IMG/VR virus record: IMGVR_UViG_3300011855_000048
Coordinates: 1 to 64,000 of that record
Strand: one strand, 5' to 3'
DNA length: 64,000 bases
From: an uncultured virus (IMG/VR IMGVR_UViG_3300011855_000048)
Lineage: Duplodnaviria; Heunggongvirae; Uroviricota; Caudoviricetes
Below the pieces are notes generated by a model, which was not told where the DNA came from, searched no databases, and was given only the letters and a program-made list of their open reading frames with translations. The position numbers and the translations under genes were made by a program. Shown here piece by piece: positions 8,401 through 17,344 of this stretch; position 1 is the stretch's first letter; each line of letters opens with the position of its first letter.

Positions 8401-11347
8401 CGAAATACCAGATTTTCAGGCTATCGAACTGCTCACCGGTGCCGGCGGAAACGGACGCAATCTGCTGCGCCAGGCTGTCGAATCCGTCCTGCATAGTGGT
8501 GTTGGTGCTTGAGATCTGCGACTCGACCTCATTTTTTGCAGACAGCAGGTTATCGGCGGCTTCTTTAGCGCGAGCAGCATCATCGGTCTCGGCCTTCCTG
8601 ACTGCAGCCGCAACATCGTCAGCTGATTTTTTTGCATTGGCGAGATCGCCGGCGGCGCGGTCGCGCACTTCTTTGGCAAGGTTGTCGGCGTTAGTTTTAC
8701 CCTGCTGCACGGCCTGCGTGATGTCTGCGGCGTTTTTGTCTACATCATTAGCCATCGCATCAGCTGAGCGCTGCGCCGCGTCAGCGGTATCCTGCGCGTG
8801 CTGTGCGGCATCAGAACTGTCTTTGATACCGTTGTTTAGCTCTCCCCAGGTATCTGTATCGCGGATCGCATCGTCGAGGTTGCGGTAGTAGTCGTCCATG
8901 TTGTCGCTGGCCATACCGTAAACCCAGCCGGTCCACGGTGATTTATTGCCCAGGCGATCAACCAGTCGGGCACGGTACCAAAACTGCTGTGCGAACTGCA
9001 GGCCCATCTGCTGATAGCGGTTGCCAGGATACGCAACGTCGGTCAGCGGCAGAGCGCCTGCGCCGTTCTGATCCTGGCTGTACTGCACTTCGGTCCGCTG
9101 AGTGTCTCCCGAGTTAGCCGGGAAACCCCAGGAGATTTCAATGCCGGCCGTGAGCGAGGTGGTGGCCAGCCCTACCGGCGCCAGCGGTTCGCCGATTTTT
9201 CCCGTCAGCGTCTTCTCTTCAGAGTACGCCCACCCGCTCGACACTTCTGCAGCGTTGATTGCCCGGACGCGCACAAGATACCGGCCAGCATAAATGCCGC
9301 TCACCTCGAAGGAGGTGGTAGAACTGCGCGGAACGTTGACCCAGTTACCGTCGTTACGGCGCCACTGAGCCTCATACGAGATGGCATTTTTAACGGCAGC
9401 CCAACTGGCCTGCATGGTTTCAACGCTGATGCCCTGGTTCACTACTGAATATGACGTGATGGACACGCCCTCCGGCGCAGCCTGATGTCCCGGTGGAACT
9501 ACGCTCACCGGACGGTCGTCAATGATGGCGCCGGTATCGATACGGGAGAACTTATCCGGATCGTGGGCAGCTCCAGATACAGTAAATGTGCCATCGCTGT
9601 TATCGGACACGCTTACCACACGATACTGCTGCAGATACAGCTCATCCCACTCAATAGCCCACACGGACTCCGTCTGAGGGGCTTCGCTGAATGGGGTGGT
9701 GATGGTTACCTGGCGGGCGCCGTTAACGGACTGAATAGTCCTGCTCTGGGAGGTTCCTGACGGCAGGTTAACCTGCAGGCGCGCACCGGGTTTGGCATCA
9801 ACGTTGCGGTCAAAAGTAATGACTCGCCCGCTGACAGCACTGATGCGACCGCCGTTGGAACGACCTGCCAACATTTCATCTGCTACGGCGATGATGTAAC
9901 CCGGCTGCGGGATATTACCATCAAGGCCAACGCCAAACGTAACGACACGGTCTTTATTATTGGTGAGGATACCCCAGCGGCCCTTCCTGTTCGCCTCCGA
10001 CTGACGGGTACATCCGATGGCAGTCATTTCCAGCTGATTGAAGCCATAGCGCGCTACCAGTGGCTGCTCGAAAACAGGTTCCATGGCGTCAGAATAGGCG
10101 TTGGCCGGGTCTGACCATGACACCAGTGCAGTGGTGTAACGCGTTTTTGCGGAACTGCTGGAGTAGGTAAACTTACCGTCAATCACATTTGCCCGGGTAT
10201 ACGTGTAATCCACATCGCGAGGCATATCAGCCAGGGCAACAATCTGGTCTCCTCCCCAGTAGACCATACCCCGAAAAATGGCCGCGAAGTCACGCAGGAC
10301 GGTATAGGCGTCATTGCGATCCTGCACGTAAACGTTACAGGTATAACGAGGCTCTACACCATCGCCTCCCTTTCCATCCGGGACCAGTTGGTCGCAATAC
10401 TGAGCCACCTCGTAGAGCGTCCACTTGCTGATGTTTTCTGCAGTCAGGCGGTTACCTAGGCCAAATCGACCGCTCACCACAAGGTCATAAAAAATCCAGG
10501 CTGGGTTATCGGTCCACGCCCACTTGAATGCACCGGCCCAGACGCCAGAATATTCTCGGGTCTCCGGGTTATAGGTATCCGGCACCCGGATTACGCGCAT
10601 TCTAGGCTCACAGGCAATCTGCGGAATAGAGCCATTAAACTGACTGGAATCGAACTCGATATACAGCAATGCGGTGTTCGGGTAGCGTAATTTTGCGTCG
10701 ATGACCTCTGTGTAGCTTTCCAGAGTCATTTTATCGCCGATTTTAGCGCTATTAGCATCAGCAGTAATTTTGCGCAGACGTACAGTCCAGGTACTTCCCG
10801 CCTGAGGGAGTTCAATACGATGGCTACGCTCATAGCCCGACGTCGTCTTTCCGGTTACGGCCGTATCAACCACCGTCTGCCAGCTGCCACCATCAGTTTG
10901 CAGATCGATGGCATATTTCACCGTATTACCGACCAGATCCCCGTCGTCTTCCTGAGTGAACAGTGACGGCCATTTCAGGCGCAGACGGATCGCAGACATC
11001 TGAGCATTCGTGAAGGTGTGAGTCCAAGCCGTAGCGCTCTTTATCTCAGTGCCCACACTAATTTCATTCTCAGAACCCGGAATACCCTGGATATAATTCT
11101 GCGCCTGAGTGCCTGGACGGAACTCCCATGCCACGCCGCTGAAATTCTGGGAGCCGTCGGCATTCTCCAGCGGAGTGCCATCCAGATAAATATCCTTTGC
11201 CGTCAGGCCACCAGCGAACTCCCCTTCACCCAGCGCCAACAGAATTTTAGCCTTTGCGACCGACTGCAGATCATCAGGTTGCTCAACTGGAGTACGCGTC
11301 TTTGGTTTACCGCCCTTGCGGCCTTTAATTACGGTTGCTGTTGACAT
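2432..11347 (-). CDS. J: Giant tail tip / host-specificity protein J (2971 aa)
   Basis: Lambda-J-like N-terminus (WTDNPAWIFYD, EPRYTCN, Fn3-like region); internal coiled-coil repeats alternate with NLxxNxSFE carbohydrate-binding-like domains; follows L-K-I. Confidence 0.93.
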   Translation of the reverse strand: MSTATVIKGRKGGKPKTRTPVEQPDDLQSVAKAKILLALGEGEFAGGLTAKDIYLDGTPLENADGSQNFSGVAWEFRPGTQAQNYIQGIPGSENEISVGTEIKSATAWTHTFTNAQMSAIRLRLKWPSLFTQEDDGDLVGNTVKYAIDLQTDGGSWQTVVDTAVTGKTTSGYERSHRIELPQAGSTWTVRLRKITADANSAKIGDKMTLESYTEVIDAKLRYPNTALLYIEFDSSQFNGSIPQIACEPRMRVIRVPDTYNPETREYSGVWAGAFKWAWTDNPAWIFYDLVVSGRFGLGNRLTAENISKWTLYEVAQYCDQLVPDGKGGDGVEPRYTCNVYVQDRNDAYTVLRDFAAIFRGMVYWGGDQIVALADMPRDVDYTYTRANVIDGKFTYSSSSAKTRYTTALVSWSDPANAYSDAMEPVFEQPLVARYGFNQLEMTAIGCTRQSEANRKGRWGILTNNKDRVVTFGVGLDGNIPQPGYIIAVADEMLAGRSNGGRISAVSGRVITFDRNVDAKPGARLQVNLPSGTSQSRTIQSVNGARQVTITTPFSEAPQTESVWAIEWDELYLQQYRVVSVSDNSDGTFTVSGAAHDPDKFSRIDTGAIIDDRPVSVVPPGHQAAPEGVSITSYSVVNQGISVETMQASWAAVKNAISYEAQWRRNDGNWVNVPRSSTTSFEVSGIYAGRYLVRVRAINAAEVSSGWAYSEEKTLTGKIGEPLAPVGLATTSLTAGIEISWGFPANSGDTQRTEVQYSQDQNGAGALPLTDVAYPGNRYQQMGLQFAQQFWYRARLVDRLGNKSPWTGWVYGMASDNMDDYYRNLDDAIRDTDTWGELNNGIKDSSDAAQHAQDTADAAQRSADAMANDVDKNAADITQAVQQGKTNADNLAKEVRDRAAGDLANAKKSADDVAAAVRKAETDDAARAKEAADNLLSAKNEVESQISSTNTTMQDGFDSLAQQIASVSAGTGEQFDSLKIWYFDNGPEGWSTDDTGNSLLPTTDEGWVLPAGSSSTMRSPNPLAIDGTAYKYLRLRIQRVGNPVWRGAMYWIGADETGWADTRRLIVDEPAFDPATGLTVLSIADIRWGASGTIRRLRFDFSTNQDAKNYFAVDWLAVGRPTPGASQAQIQDLRSAMTSADAAEAAARNTLAVQLRGNETGTDPNKLVSGLLYNERKTRVTAEQAIASDVNTLRTDYNANKASVTQRLDTLTSENQAQANSLTQLDSGLKDANSKIGANSSAIQSLKTSVTAIDGRVSANSQALTGLTSTLNNMRVGGTNLIPNSGSLAGFGDIVSGQLYKGNAIKRLAIASNATGSYIDFNYDLPAPFDAEDCVISFYAKASTDKTPISCFLYSPNATIRSENSQGVVTVSENGSDGKTDLMLSLDWVRYWVKWKRKPGQIGGTKVIFGRLYKVSSAREVFISSPKMEIGTVPTEWSEAPADNASATALQGLTTRVDAAEGKIETASQAITQLRGDVSSMQGDLAKKADASALQQLQTTVTQQGNALSTQGSAITELQNSATNGKKNCWVQQLFYIRASSSTYIPSLSDLAGVQPASISEVADAASLDFTSAGSNVYAYFKALVYVSADKEVICKPGSRVMDDTGQIYINSISVAKLSSTEVAVTLPFKKGWNTIEVVTQQWSGNAYFRLGLKLSDNVDKMFSGAGQLAAASASQVLNSRVEATEGNLTSQGQLITQLNNSLGDVNKALGNKADASALASLTSRVSNAEGKIASQSESVTSLSNSLSGIAADMDASGKLPGNLVPNGSFEREMSGWTWSSDVCSVMTAENPRSGSKILKVVAGKSTSITSTTTINVTKGRTYRFGGFARAKAGSTMASGSAGNNKFRFAYADNSVIAEARFDPSAIASGTAWNAFSAEYTAAKDGEMTMGILVNLSAGEIYIDDVYLVDITEAKNTDANSRALSELTTRVTTAEGAITSQGQSLTSLTNSLSSLSGRVENKADASALNSLTNRVSGAEGRLASQGESITALSNSITAGENLVPNPNMLNDGQGWAKQGAATIDGYPALYSTTGWQPSSGKFQVTPGDVLDLAVSIQVSAAASLSVGLRFDGPGVSNVTAYTGDHAFTAGEKYRFEKTGIVVPAGCTTAFLQTNGHTTVTVSLYNPVITRRTAAVTANAAAINNLTSRVTSTEGKITSQGQSLTSLQSTLSGLSGKVDGKADAGAVNSLTNRVTAAEGKLTAQGQSLTSLQNSLSSSDASADADGNIPGNMVANASFERGQGGYTTWHEKVTVVTGGNFGSRCARFSSGAAAGIGQKITFRKGRVYRIGVYAKQDAGTVIQDTSNTKFRIADARGLVESRQYGPFTQAWQEVSFEWKATRDDALDVQVTAYLSAGAMYFDDFYVLDVTDEKNIQANAGAISSLQSSVTRLGNDITSQSGAVTSLSNSIDTINKANGNLWVDGSFESYAEGTTLSGATAMVTRAYKYSGSQCLRVRRDGGDKGNSDKTIGTRTTVRDQGVFRIEFYAMMPAGESPPSGWNAPVGIHVQDAENANQWIEATRVTEAALSGRDRWVKFSGTAALPGGKTRGVLWISTRGTSGGVGYNLFIDDLVITDVTDAAGAQKTADAASTALTSLTTKVTSVDDQVTANSTALAKLTSRVNDAESSITGLNETVAQNGLAMANGFNQMRSMIGDNSASITQTNKTVTDLEKSTAEQVNTLNSKYGDMSATVQQTASTVADINGKLGAKWGVKVATGNGGTPVVAGIQLGINGSGQSQFLVSADTFGVYTPGAAGNQVMAFAVEGATAYLRSAMIKDASINFAKISDTIQSTNYVPRQQGWRIAKGGGSEFHNVLVRGEVHADSGVFNGTINATDGKFTGTVEARNFIGDISNSGRFPDFTFDDRNNGVTRIVHYDSGDASQAKTYTVSGMLYRYIGGKTMEVGIWINNIEIVHMKVTTETNVQYSASRYIPIQATLSGIYDRNVPCEIRVDETCQIISAHATMTRGSGGWSS

Positions 11348-11399
11348 ATTACGCCCATAAAAAAGCCACCCGGAGGTGGCCTGATGGAAAAGTTATTTA

Positions 11400-11999
11400 T
11401 TATTGCTGGTCTTCAACATAAATCCCGGCAGAGATAATTGCTCCGCCTATACGCCGCCGACCATATCCAAGCGGTACAGGATTACCCTGGGCAGTGGTGT
11501 TAGTCACACTACCAAAAGCATAGGATGCTTTATTGTCGCTATCTTGCTTAGAAGAGATACCACTTGGTTGAGGTGAAAGCATTTGAATAACGCCACCAGC
11601 CATCATGCCAAACCCAGTCGTCATGAGCCCGGCGGCCAATGGCGATGCCGTGCCACCTGACATATAAGTCATAATGGCACCGACAGTAATAAGGACTGCA
11701 CCAGCGATGGTTTGTAATAACCCTGCCTTTTTACTCCCAATAATGACAGGAACTATTCTTATAACTTTACCAGAGGTGCTGCAGTCTAATTCATCTTTGC
11801 TTAAGTTAATTTCCCCTTTGAACACAGCAAAAGTTAAGCCTTTCTCCTCGCTTTTGCTCATGAACTTTCTAAAACCATCTATTGTTGCCGCAAGAGATAC
11901 GGCGGCATCGGAAACGCGGGAGATAAGCCTATTATGTTTACGCCCAAATTTCTTTCCAAGTTGCCCACTTAATACAATGGTTGTCATTACCTCTTGCAT
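11400..11999 (-). CDS. I: Tail assembly protein I
   Basis: IRIVPVIIGSK and GNPVPLGYGRRRIGGAIISAG motifs; synteny; start codon uncertain. Confidence 0.9.
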   Translation of the reverse strand: MQEVMTTIVLSGQLGKKFGRKHNRLISRVSDAAVSLAATIDGFRKFMSKSEEKGLTFAVFKGEINLSKDELDCSTSGKVIRIVPVIIGSKKAGLLQTIAGAVLITVGAIMTYMSGGTASPLAAGLMTTGFGMMAGGVIQMLSPQPSGISSKQDSDNKASYAFGSVTNTTAQGNPVPLGYGRRRIGGAIISAGIYVEDQQ

Positions 12000-12045
12000 A
12001 CACACCGCCAATTAAAAAGGCCGCATTGCGGCCTTGATGATGAAA

Positions 12046-12462
12046 TTAGAGAGAGATAGGTCTAATATCTAGGTTACCACTTGGATCGGCTGATAAACGA
12101 ACGCCTTTATGTTGCCCAGGCTTTAATACCACCTCTCGCTCATTAATAAAATCGTCTGCAATGCAGAGCTTTCCTTCACCCTTGAATCCCAACATCCACT
12201 CACCAGCTGGAAGTTTAAAGTCAGCTCTTTCGCTGGTACTTAAACTAGCCGCGCGTTTTTTATTAATATAAAAGCCATAATAACACCCAGCACCTAACAT
12301 ACCATGATCTCGGATTACAGTCAGAGTTGCACCGTTATCAATAGGTTCTTGATAAGAATAAACTCGATCCTTTGGAGCTAACTTGGCCTTGGCCGGATCC
12401 GTTGCTGATGTAGCACAGCCAGTTAAACTCAGTACAGAAAGTGCTATAATTAATGCTTTCAT
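12046..12462 (-). CDS. Lipoprotein moron between K and I
   Basis: Signal peptide with lipobox LTGC; AT-rich; followed by hairpin AAGGCCGC-ATT-GCGGCCTT. Confidence 0.8.
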   Translation of the reverse strand: MKALIIALSVLSLTGCATSATDPAKAKLAPKDRVYSYQEPIDNGATLTVIRDHGMLGAGCYYGFYINKKRAASLSTSERADFKLPAGEWMLGFKGEGKLCIADDFINEREVVLKPGQHKGVRLSADPSGNLDIRPISL

Positions 12463-12495
12463 ATTACTATCCCTTTATTGTCATTTTCTCCGAGG

Positions 12496-13206
12496 TTAAC
12501 ACATAGAAATGTGACGGACGATCTTCATCGTTCTCTCCTGCCAGTAACCTCCATACGGCACGCGCTGGCTAAGGTGTCCGTAGAGGTGGTGCAGCAGCAT
12601 GTTTCCCTCCAGCAGGATCCCGGCATGATTCCACTTATTCGCCTGCACCTGCATGATGACCATATCGCCTGGCTGCGGCGCACCGGAGAACTCCCGGAAT
12701 CCACACTCGTACCAGTGGTCTCGATATAAATTCTCAGTAAAGCGGTCTTCCCACCACGGATAATCGAGGCGAAGATCGGGAAGCTCAACACCGTGCGTTT
12801 GCCTAAAGTAGCTCATGATGAGCCCGTAACAGTCCGTATGTCCAAGCACAAATGGCCGCTCCAGCAGCGGCAGTTCCCCCCGGGGCTGTACGGTCCGAAG
12901 GTCCCCCTCCGGCCAGCTGACGATGTGCCATGGTAGCAGGGTTGCATCGCACTGAGCCTTATCCAGCTCGCTGGGTTGGGTCGTCGCATCAGGGTGACTG
13001 TGGACAATGGCAATAACAGTGCCCCAGTCCTCGGCGGCGGCGTAATCTTCCGGCGACAGGTGGAAATGTTCCTCCGGCGCCGCAGCCAGGTTACGGCAGC
13101 GAAAATAACGTTCAACACGGCTCTTCTGACAGACTACGCCACAACACTCCCGTGGATACTCCGCAGCTGCGTGAGCCATGATGGCATCAACTGTTTTCTG
13201 GCGCAC
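12496..13206 (-). CDS. K: Tail assembly protein K (JAB/MPN plus NlpC/P60)
   Basis: YPRECCG, HSHP, DCYGL and NHAGI motifs. Confidence 0.93.
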   Translation of the reverse strand: MRQKTVDAIMAHAAAEYPRECCGVVCQKSRVERYFRCRNLAAAPEEHFHLSPEDYAAAEDWGTVIAIVHSHPDATTQPSELDKAQCDATLLPWHIVSWPEGDLRTVQPRGELPLLERPFVLGHTDCYGLIMSYFRQTHGVELPDLRLDYPWWEDRFTENLYRDHWYECGFREFSGAPQPGDMVIMQVQANKWNHAGILLEGNMLLHHLYGHLSQRVPYGGYWQERTMKIVRHISMC

Positions 13207-13207
13207 G

Positions 13208-13963
13208 TCAGCTCCTTATCAACGAGGTGCCCGGGAACCCACCAAAAGGCAGCTCGTTATTTTCGCCAAAGCGCAGCTTGCAGGCCCGCAATGTACCGTT
13301 ACAGATATCCTGAGCAGGATCATCGACGGGGGTATTATTTTTGTCGAAGTAGCGGCTGCCGGCATAATCGCAGCCTTCACCAGAACGATATTGGTTGCGG
13401 ATACACCAGGTGCAGAGAGAATGCAGTTGCCGCGTAGGGATCATCAACCCCTGCAGGTCCATCGGACTCGAGAGTGTAAATTCGACAGCCTCATTCGACT
13501 CACTGCTCTTCGCATCGATGTAAAAGACCTTCAGCTTCTCCTGCGTCGGATCGGCCGTTGGGTTTCCAGCCGGGAAGTTCTCAGCATCCAGATACTGCGC
13601 CAGCGTGTCGTGGATAGACACCTTAGCCTGCAGCAAATCATCATATGCCAGACACAGCGCGGTAATGGAGCTGTCGAGGTTAGCGACCGACAACTTTGGC
13701 TGCGCGCCACTGCCGCTCGTTGACGCCTCAATTCCCTCTATCTGACACGGCCACGCAGAATACTCCATTCCCTGCCACCAGATGGCCTTCGCCGGGAGCT
13801 TCGACTCATCCTCTCCCGCAGCGCTTATTTCTTCCGGCGTATGCGCGATATTATGAGCATGAAATCGCAGAACATCGTCAACGCCAAACGCCGTGCCATC
13901 AACTTCGTAGAGCCTGATTTCATTTCCGGGCTCCAGCTTTTGATAATCGCTATTTAAACTCAT
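13208..13963 (-). CDS. L: Minor tail protein L
   Basis: C-terminal Cys cluster (CTW..YRSGEGC..DIC..AC) and FGGFPG. Confidence 0.93.
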   Translation of the reverse strand: MSLNSDYQKLEPGNEIRLYEVDGTAFGVDDVLRFHAHNIAHTPEEISAAGEDESKLPAKAIWWQGMEYSAWPCQIEGIEASTSGSGAQPKLSVANLDSSITALCLAYDDLLQAKVSIHDTLAQYLDAENFPAGNPTADPTQEKLKVFYIDAKSSESNEAVEFTLSSPMDLQGLMIPTRQLHSLCTWCIRNQYRSGEGCDYAGSRYFDKNNTPVDDPAQDICNGTLRACKLRFGENNELPFGGFPGTSLIRS

Positions 13964-14307
13964 GGTGCAAATGCCTGTTCAAAGGTTGCGGATATGGTGA
14001 TTACTTTTTTGCTGAGCGGTACTTTTTGCAGGGAGTTCCCAGCAACTCGCCATAATGCAAGGTCACCAAATGGAGGCTTAAACGAAAATGACTTTGTTTT
14101 ATGCCTTCGCAGAAAAGCATAAATATCTAACGCTGTTTGCGGGTCGCCGGAAAATGAAAATTCATAGCTCAGGACCTCTTCATTTATTCCATTACCGGAA
14201 ACCTGTGAATAGCCGTCACCAAATTGAACCTTGCGGATATTATCAGTGCTTTTTGTTGCGGACTGGCTGGTGGCCTGAATTCGCCAGCTGAATACTTCAA
14301 TCGCCAT
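13960..14307 (-). CDS. M: Minor tail protein M
   Basis: VQFGDGYSQ..NGIN and ATFEQ motifs; synteny. Confidence 0.9.
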   Translation of the reverse strand: MAIEVFSWRIQATSQSATKSTDNIRKVQFGDGYSQVSGNGINEEVLSYEFSFSGDPQTALDIYAFLRRHKTKSFSFKPPFGDLALWRVAGNSLQKVPLSKKVITISATFEQAFAP

Positions 14308-14311
14308 ATTA

Positions 14312-17300
14312 TTACCTGTGGTTATTTGCACTCCAGATAATGCCACCGGGGCGTAGCTCTCTCGCAATCCCATCGCGAACAGACCGATCAACTACCTGCT
14401 GGTAGGCTTTTCCGACGACGTCGGAATTCCCCTGCTGCTGATCTGCTCCTGTTTGTTGGGTAGTCACGCTGACAGGTGCATAGACACTAATTGCCCCACC
14501 AGCAGGCAAGCCAGCGGGCGCCCCTCCGCCGACATATCCACCGGTAGCGTAACCCCTCATCATCCGGTAGAGGTTGCTGATCCCGATTCGACTGGTCGCC
14601 TCTTTTGTGAATACGAACTCACCGCGATGCACGACGCCCGCCGGCTCAAATTTTCCTCCATAGCCGGTGAACCCACCACCGTCGTAACCGGGTGGACGGT
14701 ACGAAGGTACTGAAAAAGACTGCCCTGAAGAAGGTGAGCTGGAACCACCACTTAGCCAGCCCATAGCGGCCTGAACGGTGTAGGCGACAATCAGCTGATT
14801 AATGACCTGCGCGATCATCTTCAGAATGGAGGATGTGAACTCTTTAAAACTGGCTTTTCCGGTTGTATTCAGCGCTGTCAGCTGGTTTGCCAGCCCGCCA
14901 AACGCTGCCTGAGAGACCTGTTGAACGGATGAGAATACGTTAGTGGCAGACTCCTGATATTCGGCCCACCCTTGCTTTGCGCCAGCTAGCCAGTTCGAGC
15001 GGAGGGCATCCTCGGCCTCATAGGTAGCCTGCTGTTCGGCAAGCACCTTCTGCTGAGCCTGAGGATTAAATGAATAGGTTTCTCTCAGGCGTTGCAGCGT
15101 TGCTTCCCGGGTGGCATCACGCCCTGACACACCATTAGCCTGAGCCTGTAACCCAGCACGCACGGCGCTCTGCTGCTGCGAAAACTTATTGGCCTGGTCG
15201 GTGAGGTCATTCAGTTTTTGCTGGCGAGCGATTTTATCTCCGAGATCCGCCAGCTGACGCTTATACTCCAGCGTTTCTTCCTTGTGGGCGAGAAGCGATT
15301 TTTCCTGCGCAGACAGCTTCCGTCGCCCTGCAGCCTCCTGTAAAACTGCATACTGATTTTCCGTCTGCCACAGTTCACGTCGCTGCTTGCTGATGACATC
15401 ATTAACGTTGGTATGCTGCTGCAGGGTTTTAAGCTGTGCCTGCAGGGAAAGAAGCTCAGACCGCGCCCCCTCAGAAGCCTTGTCACCTGCAGAGGTGCGG
15501 ACAGCAGGCTTCTTATTCTTGTTTTCAAGGGCCTTTTTGTAACGTTCGTTCTCCCGTCCTACCGCAGCCTCACGGACATCCGCATCGGCATACTCCATTG
15601 CATTAATGCGCGCCAGTTCACGCTTGTGCCTGGAGGCTTCCGTCTCATTCAGTCGATTAAGTTCAGCGTTCTGCCGATTGCGCCGCTTCAGCCTTTCCTG
15701 TTCGTTCTGGTCGGCCTTATCCCGGGCATTCTTTAAATCATTCTGGAATTTCTGCTCTTCCAGTTCCGCGAGTTGGTCCCGGTCCTCCTGGCTAACCGGA
15801 ATATAAATCCGGCCAATCTGCTGCCCGGCATTCGCAATTTTCTGGCGCAGGGCGGCAATTTTTTCCTCAATGGTATCTTCGCGACCGATATCCAGCATCC
15901 GATCCCAGGACCATGCGGCAGCATTACCCAAAGCCCGCCATGCCGTTTCCAGCCAGCCCAGGTTGTTATGCACGTCTGTCAGACGCTCATTCATCGCATC
16001 CGCATAGGCTGACATCGCGATTTTTGCTGCATCCGCGCTGCGGCCCTGTTCACCGAGGACGCGTATTTGTTCCAGCTGCGCTGCCGTAAGGAAGTGGATA
16101 GCCTGATCCAGCTCCTGTGCGGCACTGACAGGGTCTTCCTGCAGTCGCTTAAACTGTCGGACAGTTTCATCCACCGCCTGGCCGACGGTCTCCTTCATGC
16201 GGGCGGCGGTTTTTGCCACCATATCGACAGCGCCACCGGAGAATGAACCGGATCCGACAACCTGAGCCAGTGCATCAGCCGCAGCATGCTGCGTTACGCC
16301 ACTCCCGGAGATCGCCCGGGATAACTGCTGAAGTTGCGCCGCATTTTTACCTGCATAATTCCCGGTAAGAATGAGCTGCTTGTTGAACTCCTCGGCCTCC
16401 TTGCCGCCGTCATACCAGGCCTTTCCCAGCAAAATGACGGATGCAGCGATACCCCCGACCACTCCGGCAATACCCAGTCCGCGCAGAGTCATCAGTTGGT
16501 CAATCCACCCCGCCCGGTTAGCCAGCGTGATTCCTGATCCGCGCAGCGCGCCAAAGTTACCGCGTAATAGTTCTCCGGCCAATATGCCAAGCTCGCGACG
16601 GGCACCGGCACTATCAATCCCCAGGCCGTGCGTGGCTTCTTTCGCCGCTTCCAGTTTGCGGATATAGACCTCAGCGGCATCGCCAGCACCTAACTGCGCC
16701 GCTTTCATCCTCAGAAGCTCTGCGTCAGACAACTTTTGCTCAACAACCTGAGCCTTCAGCTGGCGCAGGAATTTTTCACGCGCCTGGCTCGCCTTCTCTT
16801 CAACCTGCTGCAGCTCTTTTTGCCGTGCCGTGGTGCGGGAAAGCAGAGAGAGATAATCGCCCTGGGTAATATTTCCCTGCGCGCGCGCCTGGCGGAGTCG
16901 CTCCTGAACGCTGGCAAGCGATCGGGTTTCACCGGAGAGCGAGCGAACACCATCAATCTGGCGAAAAAAAGACTCAGCCAGCGCATCCTGCCTGCGCGCC
17001 AGTGCCTCAGCCTGAGCACCGTTCTCCTGGTATTGCTGTCGTAATCCGGCAACGCGCTGATGCGTCTCCTCCACTGACCTAGCAACCTGCTGCAGTTCGG
17101 TGTTCAGCTGCGCTGAGGCAGTAGCCTGACGTTTTTGCATGTCAGATACAGCACTTGCGCCGGCATCACCCACGGCCTTAAGTGCGTTTACCTGGGCGGC
17201 CTGCGCGTTCCGCATGCGCGCCTGCACCTTTTCTGTCTCACTCGCCAGACCGGTGAACTGGTTCCTGATCCTGGCAACCTGCTCACTGAATGAGGCATTG

Positions 17301-17344
17301 TCGATATCAAGGTTAATAACCAGATCGCTAATCTGCTGGGCCAT
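14312..17344 (-). CDS. H: Tape measure protein H (lambda family)
   Basis: 1010 aa, helical and Ala/Gln-rich; MAQQISDLVINL start; C-terminal GGFTG..PAGVVHRGEFV. Confidence 0.95.
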   Translation of the reverse strand: MAQQISDLVINLDIDNASFSEQVARIRNQFTGLASETEKVQARMRNAQAAQVNALKAVGDAGASAVSDMQKRQATASAQLNTELQQVARSVEETHQRVAGLRQQYQENGAQAEALARRQDALAESFFRQIDGVRSLSGETRSLASVQERLRQARAQGNITQGDYLSLLSRTTARQKELQQVEEKASQAREKFLRQLKAQVVEQKLSDAELLRMKAAQLGAGDAAEVYIRKLEAAKEATHGLGIDSAGARRELGILAGELLRGNFGALRGSGITLANRAGWIDQLMTLRGLGIAGVVGGIAASVILLGKAWYDGGKEAEEFNKQLILTGNYAGKNAAQLQQLSRAISGSGVTQHAAADALAQVVGSGSFSGGAVDMVAKTAARMKETVGQAVDETVRQFKRLQEDPVSAAQELDQAIHFLTAAQLEQIRVLGEQGRSADAAKIAMSAYADAMNERLTDVHNNLGWLETAWRALGNAAAWSWDRMLDIGREDTIEEKIAALRQKIANAGQQIGRIYIPVSQEDRDQLAELEEQKFQNDLKNARDKADQNEQERLKRRNRQNAELNRLNETEASRHKRELARINAMEYADADVREAAVGRENERYKKALENKNKKPAVRTSAGDKASEGARSELLSLQAQLKTLQQHTNVNDVISKQRRELWQTENQYAVLQEAAGRRKLSAQEKSLLAHKEETLEYKRQLADLGDKIARQQKLNDLTDQANKFSQQQSAVRAGLQAQANGVSGRDATREATLQRLRETYSFNPQAQQKVLAEQQATYEAEDALRSNWLAGAKQGWAEYQESATNVFSSVQQVSQAAFGGLANQLTALNTTGKASFKEFTSSILKMIAQVINQLIVAYTVQAAMGWLSGGSSSPSSGQSFSVPSYRPPGYDGGGFTGYGGKFEPAGVVHRGEFVFTKEATSRIGISNLYRMMRGYATGGYVGGGAPAGLPAGGAISVYAPVSVTTQQTGADQQQGNSDVVGKAYQQVVDRSVRDGIARELRPGGIIWSANNHR

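Noticed and set aside
2432..11347. Diversity-generating retroelement or shufflon acting on the tail genes
   Set aside because: No reverse transcriptase, invertase, adenine-specific template/variable repeat pair or inverted crossover sites seen in the window.
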